Origin: Candidatus Daviesbacteria bacterium
GTDB lineage: Bacteria > Patescibacteriota > Microgenomatia > Daviesbacterales > UBA10151
Assembly: GCA_016186955.1 (NCBI GenBank)
Contig: JACPKP010000003.1
Location: 258,290 to 322,289, forward strand
Length of the DNA stretch: 64,000 bases
Reading direction: 5' to 3'
The translations under genes and the position numbers were made by a program. The notes under the pieces were generated by a model that did no database searches, had not been told where the DNA came from, and saw nothing but the letters and a program-made list of their open reading frames with translations. This document shows positions 9,683 through 18,274 of this stretch, in pieces (position 1 is the first letter of the stretch; each line of letters begins with the position of its first letter).

Positions 9683-9951
9683 TTACAATGCCGAGGTGGC
9701 TTTTTGATCTATATTATTTACTCTTTTCTCTAAATTATCGAATTCATCCCTGGTTGGGGTATCATCCTCCAAATATGCAAATTGTTTACCCAGTTTGTCT
9801 ATTCTAGCTGTTAGATTTTTTTCTACCTGATCCAACTTTATATCCAAACCACCTACTTTTTTGTCAACTTTATCAATTTTGTTTAGTAATTCCTGTTGAA
9901 GGGCGCTTTAACCATTAATAATAACCTGAAGCATTTTTTGAGTGTCATTCA
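9683..9951 (-). pseudogene. frameshifted small coiled-coil protein gene
   Basis: Minus strand: ATG at 9951 gives MNDTQKMLQVIING then stop; a shifted frame continues open to 9683 (SALQQELLNKIDKVDKKVGGLDIKLDQVEKNL...). Confidence 0.3.
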
Positions 9952-10035
9952 TTACACAGAAAGTATATATTGATAAATAGTTATTTTCAATTACCAAATA
10001 TACAAACATTATCTCAAATATGGATAAAGCAGGCC

Positions 10036-10058
10036 CCTAAGCACTACGTGGGCGAAGC
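10036..10058. repeat. 23-bp repeat C copy 2
   Basis: see 9458-9482. Confidence 0.7.
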
Positions 10059-10079
10059 CGCATTTGACGCGGGGGTAGG

Positions 10080-10117
10080 TGGGCAGATTACAATCCTGAG
10101 CTTGCCGAAAGACTTAG
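10080..10117. repeat. 38-bp repeat A copy 2
   Basis: gggcagattacaatcctgagcttgccgaaagacttag. Confidence 0.8.
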
Positions 10118-10146
10118 TTTGTACCCAACTACCAGAATTCAAACCT

Positions 10147-10842
10147 TTAAAACATCATTAGTTTTCTAGCACGTTCAAAGTCACCTTGAGTATTCAAATG
10201 CTGGGCTGCTAAAACTATGGCTGTAGTGATTTTAGGATCAACTCCTATTCTGGGAAATTCCGGATTAAGGCGGTTTTGCATGATTGTAGACGTAAAAAGT
10301 AAAACTTCGTCAATCGGTATTGTGAAGGGGATTATTAGTTCACCCCTATCTAATTTCTGTTGACTTACATCAAATTCAATCCCATCCGCAAAATAGAAAT
10401 AAGTTTCCTGAGGAGATCTACCAGCCAAAACCGGGCCTATGCCGAGCTGAACCACTGATAATTTACCGGAAGCTCCAAGTTCATCCTTTAATTCCTGAAG
10501 CGCATTAATCATTGGTTTTCCGTTTTCAACAGAATCTGCTGGGAGTTCAACCTGATAAAGTCTCTCCAGTCCAGGGCGCAACTGGAGTAAAAGAATCACA
10601 TTGCCTTGTGGAGTTAGAGCAAACACGTAAGAACCATCCCCATCCTTTAGTATTGACCGATCGCTTCTTTGGACCCTTCCACCTAAAGTGGCATCATACA
10701 CAACCTGTCTCACCGGTCTCCATTTACTGGCTGTCTGAAGAACATCATCGGTTATAACTGAGTAACCAAATTCAGGTATTCTTGTTTCTAAACTGCTTAC
10801 TACTGCAAGGATGTGTTGTTCCCTCTCAGAGGTAAAATTCAT
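10147..10842 (-). CDS. hypothetical protein, possibly Nudix-family hydrolase
   Basis: 231 aa; degenerate Nudix box GKPMINALQELKDELG; weak. Confidence 0.35.
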   Translation of the reverse strand: MNFTSEREQHILAVVSSLETRIPEFGYSVITDDVLQTASKWRPVRQVVYDATLGGRVQRSDRSILKDGDGSYVFALTPQGNVILLLQLRPGLERLYQVELPADSVENGKPMINALQELKDELGASGKLSVVQLGIGPVLAGRSPQETYFYFADGIEFDVSQQKLDRGELIIPFTIPIDEVLLFTSTIMQNRLNPEFPRIGVDPKITTAIVLAAQHLNTQGDFERARKLMMF

Positions 10843-10859
10843 TGTTTAATTATACATTA

Positions 10860-11060
10860 TCAAATAGTGAATTCAATCCTTGGTGGGTGGCTGACGGGTA
10901 ATGCTCCCGCTGCCTCCTGTTCCACAAACAGGCGTTCTACTTTTGAACTACAGCCACCAATCGGAGGAAACTTCAACTGATTAAGACGCGAAGCGTCATA
11001 AAAGTTTCCAAGATCGCCTGCCCGCCTAAATTTCAATTTTGGCGGGACAGGGGTAAACAC
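10860..11060 (-). CDS. small hypothetical protein (66 aa), relatively GC-rich
   Basis: ORF only; contains hairpin cccgcc-N14-ggcggg. Confidence 0.2.
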   Translation of the reverse strand: MFTPVPPKLKFRRAGDLGNFYDASRLNQLKFPPIGGCSSKVERLFVEQEAAGALPVSHPPRIEFTI

Positions 11061-11093
11061 TTGCCACCCAACTAATTTTACCAGCTTTGGAAT

Positions 11094-12026
11094 TTAAATG
11101 CCAAAAGGGGAATTTTTTTCAAAAGCTTTGGAAAAAGCATTGTTTTTGCCCAAAAAGGCATTGGCGGTTTTGCCAACAGTTGGTATGACCACAAAATCCA
11201 AAAAACCCCGGCATTTTTTTGCCAGTTCATGGTCCTGCCCGATAATCTGTATCCCTGAACCGGGGTTTGCCGCCTCCATCTCCTCCCTTAAATTTTTCAG
11301 GAGAGTGGGGAAGTAATCAACCCTGGCGACTTGGCCACCTAAGTCAGCAAGTTGAACCGATAAAGCCACAATCATTGCATCCTTTTTTTCCTCAGGCGTT
11401 TTAAAATTATCCAGAAGCTTTTGCCTTTCCATTTTTCTTTCTTCAGTAAAGGGAAAATAGGTGTTATGAATTCCGATTGTCCCCAGCTTGATGACCTTTT
11501 CTTTATCAATTCCCTCAGGCAGCCCTAAAAAATTAACAGCTTGCTGAAAAGTTTTTTTGCTTGCTTCAACATGCACCGGAGTTAATGCAGCATAATTTTG
11601 AGGGTTTTTTTCTGCTGTTACATACCCGGTGTCATAGTAAAGTGCACCTAAAACTATCGCCAGCATCCCTTCTAAGGTTAAATTTTTTGACAAAAAATCA
11701 TGCCTCATCATAATCCCTCTTGCCACCTGTACGGCGTCAAACCCTGCCTGATAAACTGCATGATGTTTATTGTGGTAATACAAATTTGCAGACTTCCCAT
11801 CCAAAATCCTGCTGATTGCCTCTTTAGAAAACAGAGCTGTTGCAAAATCAAAATACTGAAGGATGATTGCAATAAGTTCGGTTTTAGGACTTTGCGGGTT
11901 TTCAATTAATAAGCAGAATCTTAGGAGCGCACTTTTAAAGTGGGAGGTTATGATTTCATAATCCTCCTTGTAAGCATCCCCGTAATGGCCAAGTCCAAGA
12001 ATTTTTTCTTTGTTTTCTTTGTTCAT
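11094..12026 (-). CDS. hypothetical protein with HD-domain-like motifs (putative phosphohydrolase)
   Basis: 310 aa; YHNKHH...MRHD...LYYDTGY resembles H..HD..D metal-binding pattern. Confidence 0.35.
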   Translation of the reverse strand: MNKENKEKILGLGHYGDAYKEDYEIITSHFKSALLRFCLLIENPQSPKTELIAIILQYFDFATALFSKEAISRILDGKSANLYYHNKHHAVYQAGFDAVQVARGIMMRHDFLSKNLTLEGMLAIVLGALYYDTGYVTAEKNPQNYAALTPVHVEASKKTFQQAVNFLGLPEGIDKEKVIKLGTIGIHNTYFPFTEERKMERQKLLDNFKTPEEKKDAMIVALSVQLADLGGQVARVDYFPTLLKNLREEMEAANPGSGIQIIGQDHELAKKCRGFLDFVVIPTVGKTANAFLGKNNAFSKAFEKNSPFGI

Positions 12027-12077
12027 GAGTAGATATTAGGATAAGTGAAGTTTAAGTTCTGTTCTTTGGGGAACAAA

Positions 12078-12722
12078 TTATTTTATGCGGATTTTACGGT
12101 GAGAGAGGATGATTTTACCTTCCTTTTGCAGTTTATCAAGCATTTCAGTCACCCTGGCCCTGGTTGCACCGATAATCTCTGCCAGCTCTTCATGGGAAAG
12201 GGTAATTCCACTTCCGGGAAAATAGCCGGAAAGGGTTTTTAAGGCTTTCCAGGTTCTTTCTTCAAGGTTTTTTGAAAATAAATCCTTCATCTGCTCTCCT
12301 GTTTTGCGCAGCCTTGCGGATAAAACCTTAAGCAGGGATAGGGCAATGTCAGGATGGTTTAGTAGAATCTGTTTGAAACTTATCCTGTTTAAAACAAACA
12401 CATCGGTAGGTTGCATAGTTTCTACACTTGCAGAGCGTGGCTGTTCATCCAAAAATGCCATCTCACCCAAAATTTCTCCAGGTCCACAGATTGCCAAAGT
12501 AACTTCCTCACCTTCCTCAGTCAACCTGTAAACCCTGACGCTGCCTTTTGTAATAAAAAATATCTCACCGCTGTTATTGCCCTGTTCTATAAAAACCCTT
12601 TTTTCGGGTAGCTTTATTTCCCGAACAGTCTCTGCAATAATTTTAACTGCATTTTGAGGCAGGTTTCTGAACAGAGGCAGCGAGCTGATAATCTCCTCTT
12701 TTGTTAAAGATGTCATAAGCAT
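12078..12722 (-). CDS. Crp/Fnr family transcriptional regulator
   Basis: cNMP-binding beta-roll GEILGEMAFLD..RSASV and C-terminal HTH LSHEELAEIIGATRARVTEML. Confidence 0.85.
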   Translation of the reverse strand: MLMTSLTKEEIISSLPLFRNLPQNAVKIIAETVREIKLPEKRVFIEQGNNSGEIFFITKGSVRVYRLTEEGEEVTLAICGPGEILGEMAFLDEQPRSASVETMQPTDVFVLNRISFKQILLNHPDIALSLLKVLSARLRKTGEQMKDLFSKNLEERTWKALKTLSGYFPGSGITLSHEELAEIIGATRARVTEMLDKLQKEGKIILSHRKIRIK

Positions 12723-12744
12723 TGCCAGTTTATTCTATACAGTC

Positions 12745-14493
12745 TTAGTTTAAAAACGGCAGTAACTTCCAGAGTTCTACCGGGTGCAGTATTGCTGATG
12801 GGATGTCCGGCTGCAGGGCGCCAAAATCCAGGGTGTTAATCCCCGAAGAAACCCTGCGCCTGATTGTTTTAGGTTTGTAGTAAGGCTTACTCAGCGTAAA
12901 ATCAAAGGTATAGTCAGGAAGAAGTGTTGTTTCGATCTCCTGAGAATTACCTAATGCCGACAATTGGATATTTTTTAGGATTTCACCCATTACACCTACA
13001 ACCTTCAGTGCGTAATTGCCTGCAAAATTTTTCTTCCAGTCAAGCGAGGAGTGAAGTTTCAAGATAACGGGCGCTTTGACCTGTGTTAAAAATTCAAAAG
13101 GCGGGCTGTCAAACTGTTGAGCGCCGCTAAAAAGCGTAAGTTTGACATTAAACGACCCGGAATTCGGCGCCTTTAAAGAAACATTAAAAGTATGCTGTTG
13201 CCCCGGCTCAACTTTTTGCTCCTTAGGAATCATAACATCTTCTATTCCAAGTTCTTTGCCTCCCTCAGCTGCCGAAAGCCTTACTTGAGCGTATTCATTC
13301 CAGATAGATTGGCCGGTATTTTTTACAGTGATGGGAATGTTGTATTCCTCCTTTAAGACAATGGTTGTATAAATCCCGCCTGAGGTAATTTCAGCTTTAT
13401 TTTCCTGCACAGGCCTGCCGGCTGTTTTCTCCAAATCCTTGATGGTTTCAAATTGCGGGTAGTATTCGGGGAACGCAGCTCCCAGGATTTTTTGGGGTTG
13501 TTTTTCACCGGTCAGTTTTTTAAATGAAAAGTGGTCAAAGGGGACCTCCTGATAATTTAAGAGAAAGGGTGTAATTGCTACAATATCAGCATTTGTCCAG
13601 GCGTTTGTAAATGCCTGTTTGTAATACCCGGCTGCAGTCTCAACCGGGGGGAGGGATTTATCATACACTACCCCCTCAGCATGCTGCCAGCCGGTTTCCG
13701 TAATAAAAACCGGAAGTTTTTTATTTACCCCAAGCTCAGCCAGTTTTTGCAGTTCCCATTGCCATGTTCTGACGGAGCCTTTTCCGAAGCCGTTCGGCGA
13801 ACCTACAAAGCCGGGGTTGGGGTATGAATGTGAAGCCCAGCCATCCAGCTTTTCAAAAATCCCGGGTACTGCTTCTTCCATTTTCTGCAAAAAGAGATTC
13901 TCGTCAAAATAATTAGGCGGGTTAAAAGGCGCCGAAGCGTCAAAACCGGCGTTTAAGACAAAAAAATCATCGCTTTTAAGCTTTAAGGCAGTGATTGTTT
14001 TATCAAGTATCCTGGCATAATCATCAGGATCTACACGGTTGCCCCATTCTTTGGCCTGGTTAGGTTCGTTATAAATAATGACGTAACGGTTTTTGACAGG
14101 CCAGTTAAGTTTACCCAAAAATGAGGCCCAGGCCTCTTCTTCGCCCTCATACGGCCTTTTCCAGAAACTTTTTTCAGGCTGGGTGGCAAGCCTGACCAAA
14201 GGGATCAGATGTCTATGCCTAAGATTATTAAAAAAAGCCTGCCACTTATTGACATCCCTGTCTTTGCTCTCGGCCAAAACTGTAATATAACCCCAATCGC
14301 CCCCGGACGAGTTAACCAGTGTAGCCGCAGGAGAGGCTTCATGGTCAGTTGCTGAGATGATATGGATGCCGAATTTGTTATTGGGGACAGAAAGAGGGTC
14401 ATAGATGGCATGGATGGGAGTGTAAAATGCAAAGAGAAAAGTGAAAAGTAAAAAACCGGATAGCAGAAATTTTGCAAACCTCATCTTTTGCAT
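12745..14493 (-). CDS. secreted clan GH-A (GH5-like) glycoside hydrolase with C-terminal beta-sandwich domains
   Basis: Signal peptide; GH5 signature residues IIYNEPN (acid/base), WASHSYP (His-x-Tyr), FITETGW (nucleophile). Confidence 0.65.
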   Translation of the reverse strand: MQKMRFAKFLLSGFLLFTFLFAFYTPIHAIYDPLSVPNNKFGIHIISATDHEASPAATLVNSSGGDWGYITVLAESKDRDVNKWQAFFNNLRHRHLIPLVRLATQPEKSFWKRPYEGEEEAWASFLGKLNWPVKNRYVIIYNEPNQAKEWGNRVDPDDYARILDKTITALKLKSDDFFVLNAGFDASAPFNPPNYFDENLFLQKMEEAVPGIFEKLDGWASHSYPNPGFVGSPNGFGKGSVRTWQWELQKLAELGVNKKLPVFITETGWQHAEGVVYDKSLPPVETAAGYYKQAFTNAWTNADIVAITPFLLNYQEVPFDHFSFKKLTGEKQPQKILGAAFPEYYPQFETIKDLEKTAGRPVQENKAEITSGGIYTTIVLKEEYNIPITVKNTGQSIWNEYAQVRLSAAEGGKELGIEDVMIPKEQKVEPGQQHTFNVSLKAPNSGSFNVKLTLFSGAQQFDSPPFEFLTQVKAPVILKLHSSLDWKKNFAGNYALKVVGVMGEILKNIQLSALGNSQEIETTLLPDYTFDFTLSKPYYKPKTIRRRVSSGINTLDFGALQPDIPSAILHPVELWKLLPFLN

Positions 14494-14543
14494 TTTAACA
14501 CGGATGTTGATTTTTTTCTAAACTTATAGTAAAATTTAAAACT

Positions 14544-15434
14544 ATGATTGAGCGGTATCCTAATAAAAGGATTAATGATGATTATTTTAATATTTCAGAG
14601 ATAAGACCATTGACAAAAAAGCATGAGGAAAATATAACTCCTTCTTATCTGTTTGCGGTAGAGAACTATACGCCTATTCCTTATATCCCGAGAAGGATTG
14701 AGCCGGTGATGCCACCGCCTCAACCTCCTCCGGTTCGGGAGTGGTTTTCGCAGGGATGGGCAGCATACTTACTAGCCAATCCCGAGTATACTCATTCTGT
14801 GGATTCTGGATCCTGGCCTATTGTAGAATTCTTTAGCAGGACTTTGATGTCAGATATGAGAATTGCTATGGGGATAACCCCCTCAGAAAGGGTCTATGCA
14901 GGCAGGTGGTATGGCCAGGGATATGCACCTACCTGTAGTCCGTGGTCCCTTGTGAATGCATGCAGCGTAGCGGGTATAGAACTTCCTTCCCGCTTTGTGG
15001 CAAAGATACTTAATTTAGCTTTCGAAGATGGATATGCGCTGGAATCTTTGGCTGATTTGACAGTTACAGCCGGGGTGGATATGAAAAAGCTGTTGCTATC
15101 TCTGGTGGGGATTAGGCATGAGTATGAACCAATGTCTACACCAGTGTATAATATTCGTTTAAAAACGAATGCGGTAGTTATAAAAAGACTGATAGACCAG
15201 AGGCATCCTCTTGTGCTTAGTGTAACAAGCAGATTGTTTTACCCGAGGCCAAATTCCTACTCACTATTCGGCTCTCATGCAATATGCATCAGCGGATACC
15301 AGGTAACAGGGGAGGGTTATTTTAATGTCCAGGTAATAGATTCAAACAACGGTATTGTTTGGATGTCACTTGAGCATCTATCCCAAGCGGTTCAAAGAGA
15401 AAGAACCTTCGGGATATCCAGGCTAATTGCTTAA
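14544..15434 (+). CDS. papain-like (clan CA) cysteine peptidase
   Basis: Gln-x5-Cys QGYAPTCSPWS, His in GSHAICISGY, Asn in VIDSNNG in papain-like order and spacing. Confidence 0.55.
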   Translation: MIERYPNKRINDDYFNISEIRPLTKKHEENITPSYLFAVENYTPIPYIPRRIEPVMPPPQPPPVREWFSQGWAAYLLANPEYTHSVDSGSWPIVEFFSRTLMSDMRIAMGITPSERVYAGRWYGQGYAPTCSPWSLVNACSVAGIELPSRFVAKILNLAFEDGYALESLADLTVTAGVDMKKLLLSLVGIRHEYEPMSTPVYNIRLKTNAVVIKRLIDQRHPLVLSVTSRLFYPRPNSYSLFGSHAICISGYQVTGEGYFNVQVIDSNNGIVWMSLEHLSQAVQRERTFGISRLIA

Positions 15435-15480
15435 ACTCTATATTGACTTCGGGTAATATTCGGGTTATAAATAAACTAAA

Positions 15481-15726
15481 ATGTTTGACCTTCATGAGCC
15501 TATCAATGTCTGGGTTTTTTTTAAGGGGACTGTGATACAGCCTTATCTGTTTTTTTGGAAAGGGAGACAAGTTAAGGTAGATAAAATAAACTTAGTACAT
15601 ACATCCCGTGATGACGGGTCAACTGTTTATCATTTTTCAGTTTCAGGCGGGGGGAATTTTTACCGGCTAAGGTTTGATTTAAAAAATTTAAAATGGTTTT
15701 TGGAAGCAGTAGAAGAATCGGATTGA
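15481..15726 (+). CDS. small hypothetical protein (81 aa) upstream of dinB
   Basis: ORF only. Confidence 0.3.
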   Translation: MFDLHEPINVWVFFKGTVIQPYLFFWKGRQVKVDKINLVHTSRDDGSTVYHFSVSGGGNFYRLRFDLKNLKWFLEAVEESD

Positions 15727-15731
15727 GCGAA

Positions 15732-15761
15732 ACAACAATTATAATTAAAACTAATTGTTGT
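15732..15761 (+). promoter_or_regulatory. palindromic candidate operator upstream of dinB (ACAACAATT-N12-AATTGTTGT)
   Basis: perfect 9-bp inverted repeat 60-90 bp upstream of dinB start. Confidence 0.35.
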
Positions 15762-15820
15762 AAGCGAAGGAGATCGCTTGCAAAAATTGTCTAAATGACA
15801 CTTTTTGACAAGGGCAACAC

Positions 15821-17161
15821 ATGAGAACCATTTTGCATATTGATTTTAACAGCTATTTTGCAACAGTTGAGCAACAGGCAAATCCCAGACTGAGGGGTAA
15901 ACCCATCGGTGTTACAGGCGGGGACAGAATGGAAAGGACTGTTTTGGGGGCAGCATCTGTTGAGGCAAAGAGACTTGGGGTGAAAACAGGTATGCCTATT
16001 TGGGAAGCTCAAAAACTTTGTCCTGATTTGATTTTAGTGAGAGGTGACTCTGATAAATATTTAGAATGCACCAAAAGGTTTTTAAATATTTTAAAAGATT
16101 ATTCCCCCAAACTTGAAGTTTTTTCTATTGATGAGGTGTTTTTGGAAACAGAATCCGGGAAATATAACTTCTTTCTTGACTCTGGACTCTTGCAACTTGC
16201 TACTCAGATCAAATCCCGCATCCGCTCAGAAATAGGCGAGTGGATTACCTGTTCTGTAGGGATTTCTTATAACAAACTGATGGCAAAGTTGGCAGGGTCC
16301 CTGTACAAACCTGATGGGTTGGCAGTCATCGCAGATGAAACTGCTGCTATGGTGGTTTTGGACAGGATTGAGCTTGATGAGATTTGCGGGATCGGCCCGG
16401 GAATTAAAAAAAGGCTAAACAACATGGGGGTTTTCAGTTTTAAGGCTTTAAGGGGAGTACCTTTGGATAGCTTGCTGGCCTCTTTTAAAAGTTACGGACA
16501 AACACTTTATAACATGGCCCGGGGAATTGATAACACCCCGCTTGTGCCTTTTTATGAAAAGGAAGAAGTAAAATCCATCGGACACAGGCATACTTTAGAT
16601 CAGGATACAGGGGATTTGGTAGGGATAAAACAGGCGCTTTTAAAGTTGGCGGAGCTGGTGGCAAGAAGGTTGCGTGCCAAAAGATTGGCGGGGAAAACAA
16701 TACACCTGTGGTACCGCTCGGCATTCCAATCCCAGTTTCACCCCCGGGGTGTCTTACACTATGCCCACCCCGGGGGTGAATTTGCAGGCGGGGGCATGCA
16801 GACAACAATACCATACACCAATGATGGGTTGGAGATTTTTCAAAATACCTGGAGAGTGTTTTTGCAAATTTGGGATAGGGAAAAAATCAGGATGGTGGGA
16901 GTGTCTGTTTCTAACCTGAAATCGGAAAGCCCCAAAAACCTGAGCCTTTTGGAGGAAGATCAAAAAAATGAACAGATCATGAATGTTTTGGATAAGATAA
17001 ATGATAGGTTTGGGGAATTCACCCTGGAGCGTGCGGCACTTCTATCATCACCCAAAGTTTGCAGGAAGCCCAACCCCTTTCTGTCTGACAGAAGGTTTAA
17101 ATTGTCAGATAATCAGGTAAAAGGGGATCGCCGATGTCTTTTAAGCACAGATTTGTTCTAG
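15821..17161 (+). CDS. dinB: Y-family DNA polymerase IV
   Basis: ILHIDFNSYFATVEQQ, SIDEVFLE, HhH GIGPGIKKRL; 446 aa with extended C-terminus and GC-rich in-frame palindrome. Confidence 0.85.
   Translation: MRTILHIDFNSYFATVEQQANPRLRGKPIGVTGGDRMERTVLGAASVEAKRLGVKTGMPIWEAQKLCPDLILVRGDSDKYLECTKRFLNILKDYSPKLEVFSIDEVFLETESGKYNFFLDSGLLQLATQIKSRIRSEIGEWITCSVGISYNKLMAKLAGSLYKPDGLAVIADETAAMVVLDRIELDEICGIGPGIKKRLNNMGVFSFKALRGVPLDSLLASFKSYGQTLYNMARGIDNTPLVPFYEKEEVKSIGHRHTLDQDTGDLVGIKQALLKLAELVARRLRAKRLAGKTIHLWYRSAFQSQFHPRGVLHYAHPGGEFAGGGMQTTIPYTNDGLEIFQNTWRVFLQIWDREKIRMVGVSVSNLKSESPKNLSLLEEDQKNEQIMNVLDKINDRFGEFTLERAALLSSPKVCRKPNPFLSDRRFKLSDNQVKGDRRCLLSTDLF
16737..16780. repeat. perfect 15-bp inverted repeat (GC-rich) inside dinB coding sequence
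   Basis: ttcacccccggggtg-N14-caccccgggggtgaa; encodes FHPRGVLHYAHPGGEF. Confidence 0.85.
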
Positions 17162-17669
17162 CGATGCTTTTTTGCAGAATATCCGCATATCCCGGTAAAC
17201 TGACATTCGGATTTCTCAAGATAATCAAACCTCCTGTTGCGGGATTAGTCCGGATATTTTGACTCCATAGTGTAAAAAAAAGTACATAGGTACTGTATTG
17301 TCCATCCGGAAGATAGATTTTAGCGCCTGCCTGGTCAAATGTTTCCCTTGATAATGTAAGCAAATTACCTTTTACTTTTATAGCCCTTAAATCTTCAAAC
17401 AGCGGTAGAATATCCTCTATGATAAAAAGCGGCATGGGCATTTTCCAGCTGTAAATCGAGCCTCCAAAAATTTGCAGCTGGTTGTTGTTAGGTTTTTTCC
17501 AGGATGATTCAGACCCAATCTCAATACTTGATTGGACACTTTCAGGAGTAGTATCGTCATCAGCTCCGAGGTCTATCTCCAGGTCAGGCAGATTTTGCCG
17601 CATTAAGCGCTCAAAATCAAATTTTTCAGGTTCCTTAGAATCTTGTTCAGCCATAAAAATATTATACAA
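17097..17669 (-). CDS. hypothetical protein (190 aa), acidic N-terminus
   Basis: ORF; 65-bp convergent overlap with dinB 3' end. Confidence 0.4.
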   Translation of the reverse strand: MYNIFMAEQDSKEPEKFDFERLMRQNLPDLEIDLGADDDTTPESVQSSIEIGSESSWKKPNNNQLQIFGGSIYSWKMPMPLFIIEDILPLFEDLRAIKVKGNLLTLSRETFDQAGAKIYLPDGQYSTYVLFFTLWSQNIRTNPATGGLIILRNPNVSLPGYADILQKSIARTNLCLKDIGDPLLPDYLTI

Positions 17670-17736
17670 AAACCCATAGTTAAAAGCAAGTATTAAAAGA
17701 AACTGCTATCTTATAGTTTGACAAGGTCTTTAAATT

Positions 17737-17970
17737 ATGGTATGTTTTCCACAGATTATGCCTATACGCGAATATGAGTGTAAAAGTTGTGGTAAGGTTA
17801 TAGAGTTTCTTGAAAGCTTTTCTGAGGCACCAAAAACAATACATACCTTCTGCGGGGGTGAGTTAAAAAGGCTATTAAGCCTTTGCGCCCCTCCGGAATT
17901 TAAAGGAAAAGGCTTTTTCAGTACAGACTACAAAACATCAAAATCTGAGCCGAACATTTCGGATGCTTAA
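17737..17970 (+). CDS. FmdB-family zinc-ribbon protein
   Basis: YECKSCGKVIE ... FCGGELKRL CxxC...C zinc ribbon. Confidence 0.55.
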   Translation: MVCFPQIMPIREYECKSCGKVIEFLESFSEAPKTIHTFCGGELKRLLSLCAPPEFKGKGFFSTDYKTSKSEPNISDA

Positions 17971-18118
17971 TGCATGAACCTTTGAGCAACTGCGGCTTCG
18001 GAGGGACAATATGCCCTCGCCCTTTAGGCTCGAGCGAACCCCCAAAGTATAGCGCTGGCACCCCCAGAGGGATAGTATACCCACCATCTTCGATGGTGAA
18101 CGAACCCCCTTCGAGCAG

Positions 18119-18194
18119 TGGCGGCCCAGGAGGGATTCGAACCCCCAACCTAATGCTTAGAACGCACTCGCTCTATCCGTTGAGCTACTGGGCC
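18119..18194 (-). tRNA. tRNA-Arg (anticodon TCT)
   Basis: Reverse complement folds as cloverleaf GGCCCAG/CTGGGCC acceptor, D-arm GCTCAACGGATAGAGC, anticodon loop GTTCTAA, T-arm GGGGGTTCGAATCCCTC, encoded CCA; plus-strand ORF 17970-18197 is its antisense artefact. Confidence 0.85.
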
Positions 18195-18240
18195 TAAACT
18201 ATATTTTACCAATTTCAGCTCCTTTAAGCAAAATGGGTCT

Positions 18241-18270
18241 TGACAAGAACTTTTTGGTTGGGTAAGCTTT
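18241..18270 (+). promoter_or_regulatory. candidate sigma70-like promoter TTGACA-N17-TAAGCT
   Basis: -10 ends 6 nt before ATG 18275 (leaderless-type spacing). Confidence 0.35.
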
Positions 18271-18274
18271 AAAT

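Noticed and set aside
17097-17161. 65-bp convergent overlap of dinB and ORF 17097-17669 as evidence of mis-annotation
   Set aside because: Could be genuine; the dinB C-terminal tail is non-conserved so the true stop cannot be judged from sequence alone.
17970-18197. 75-aa plus-strand ORF ending in ...GGIRTPNLMLRTHSLYPLSYWA
   Set aside because: It is the antisense translation of tRNA-Arg and its tRNA-like flank; a classic artefact.
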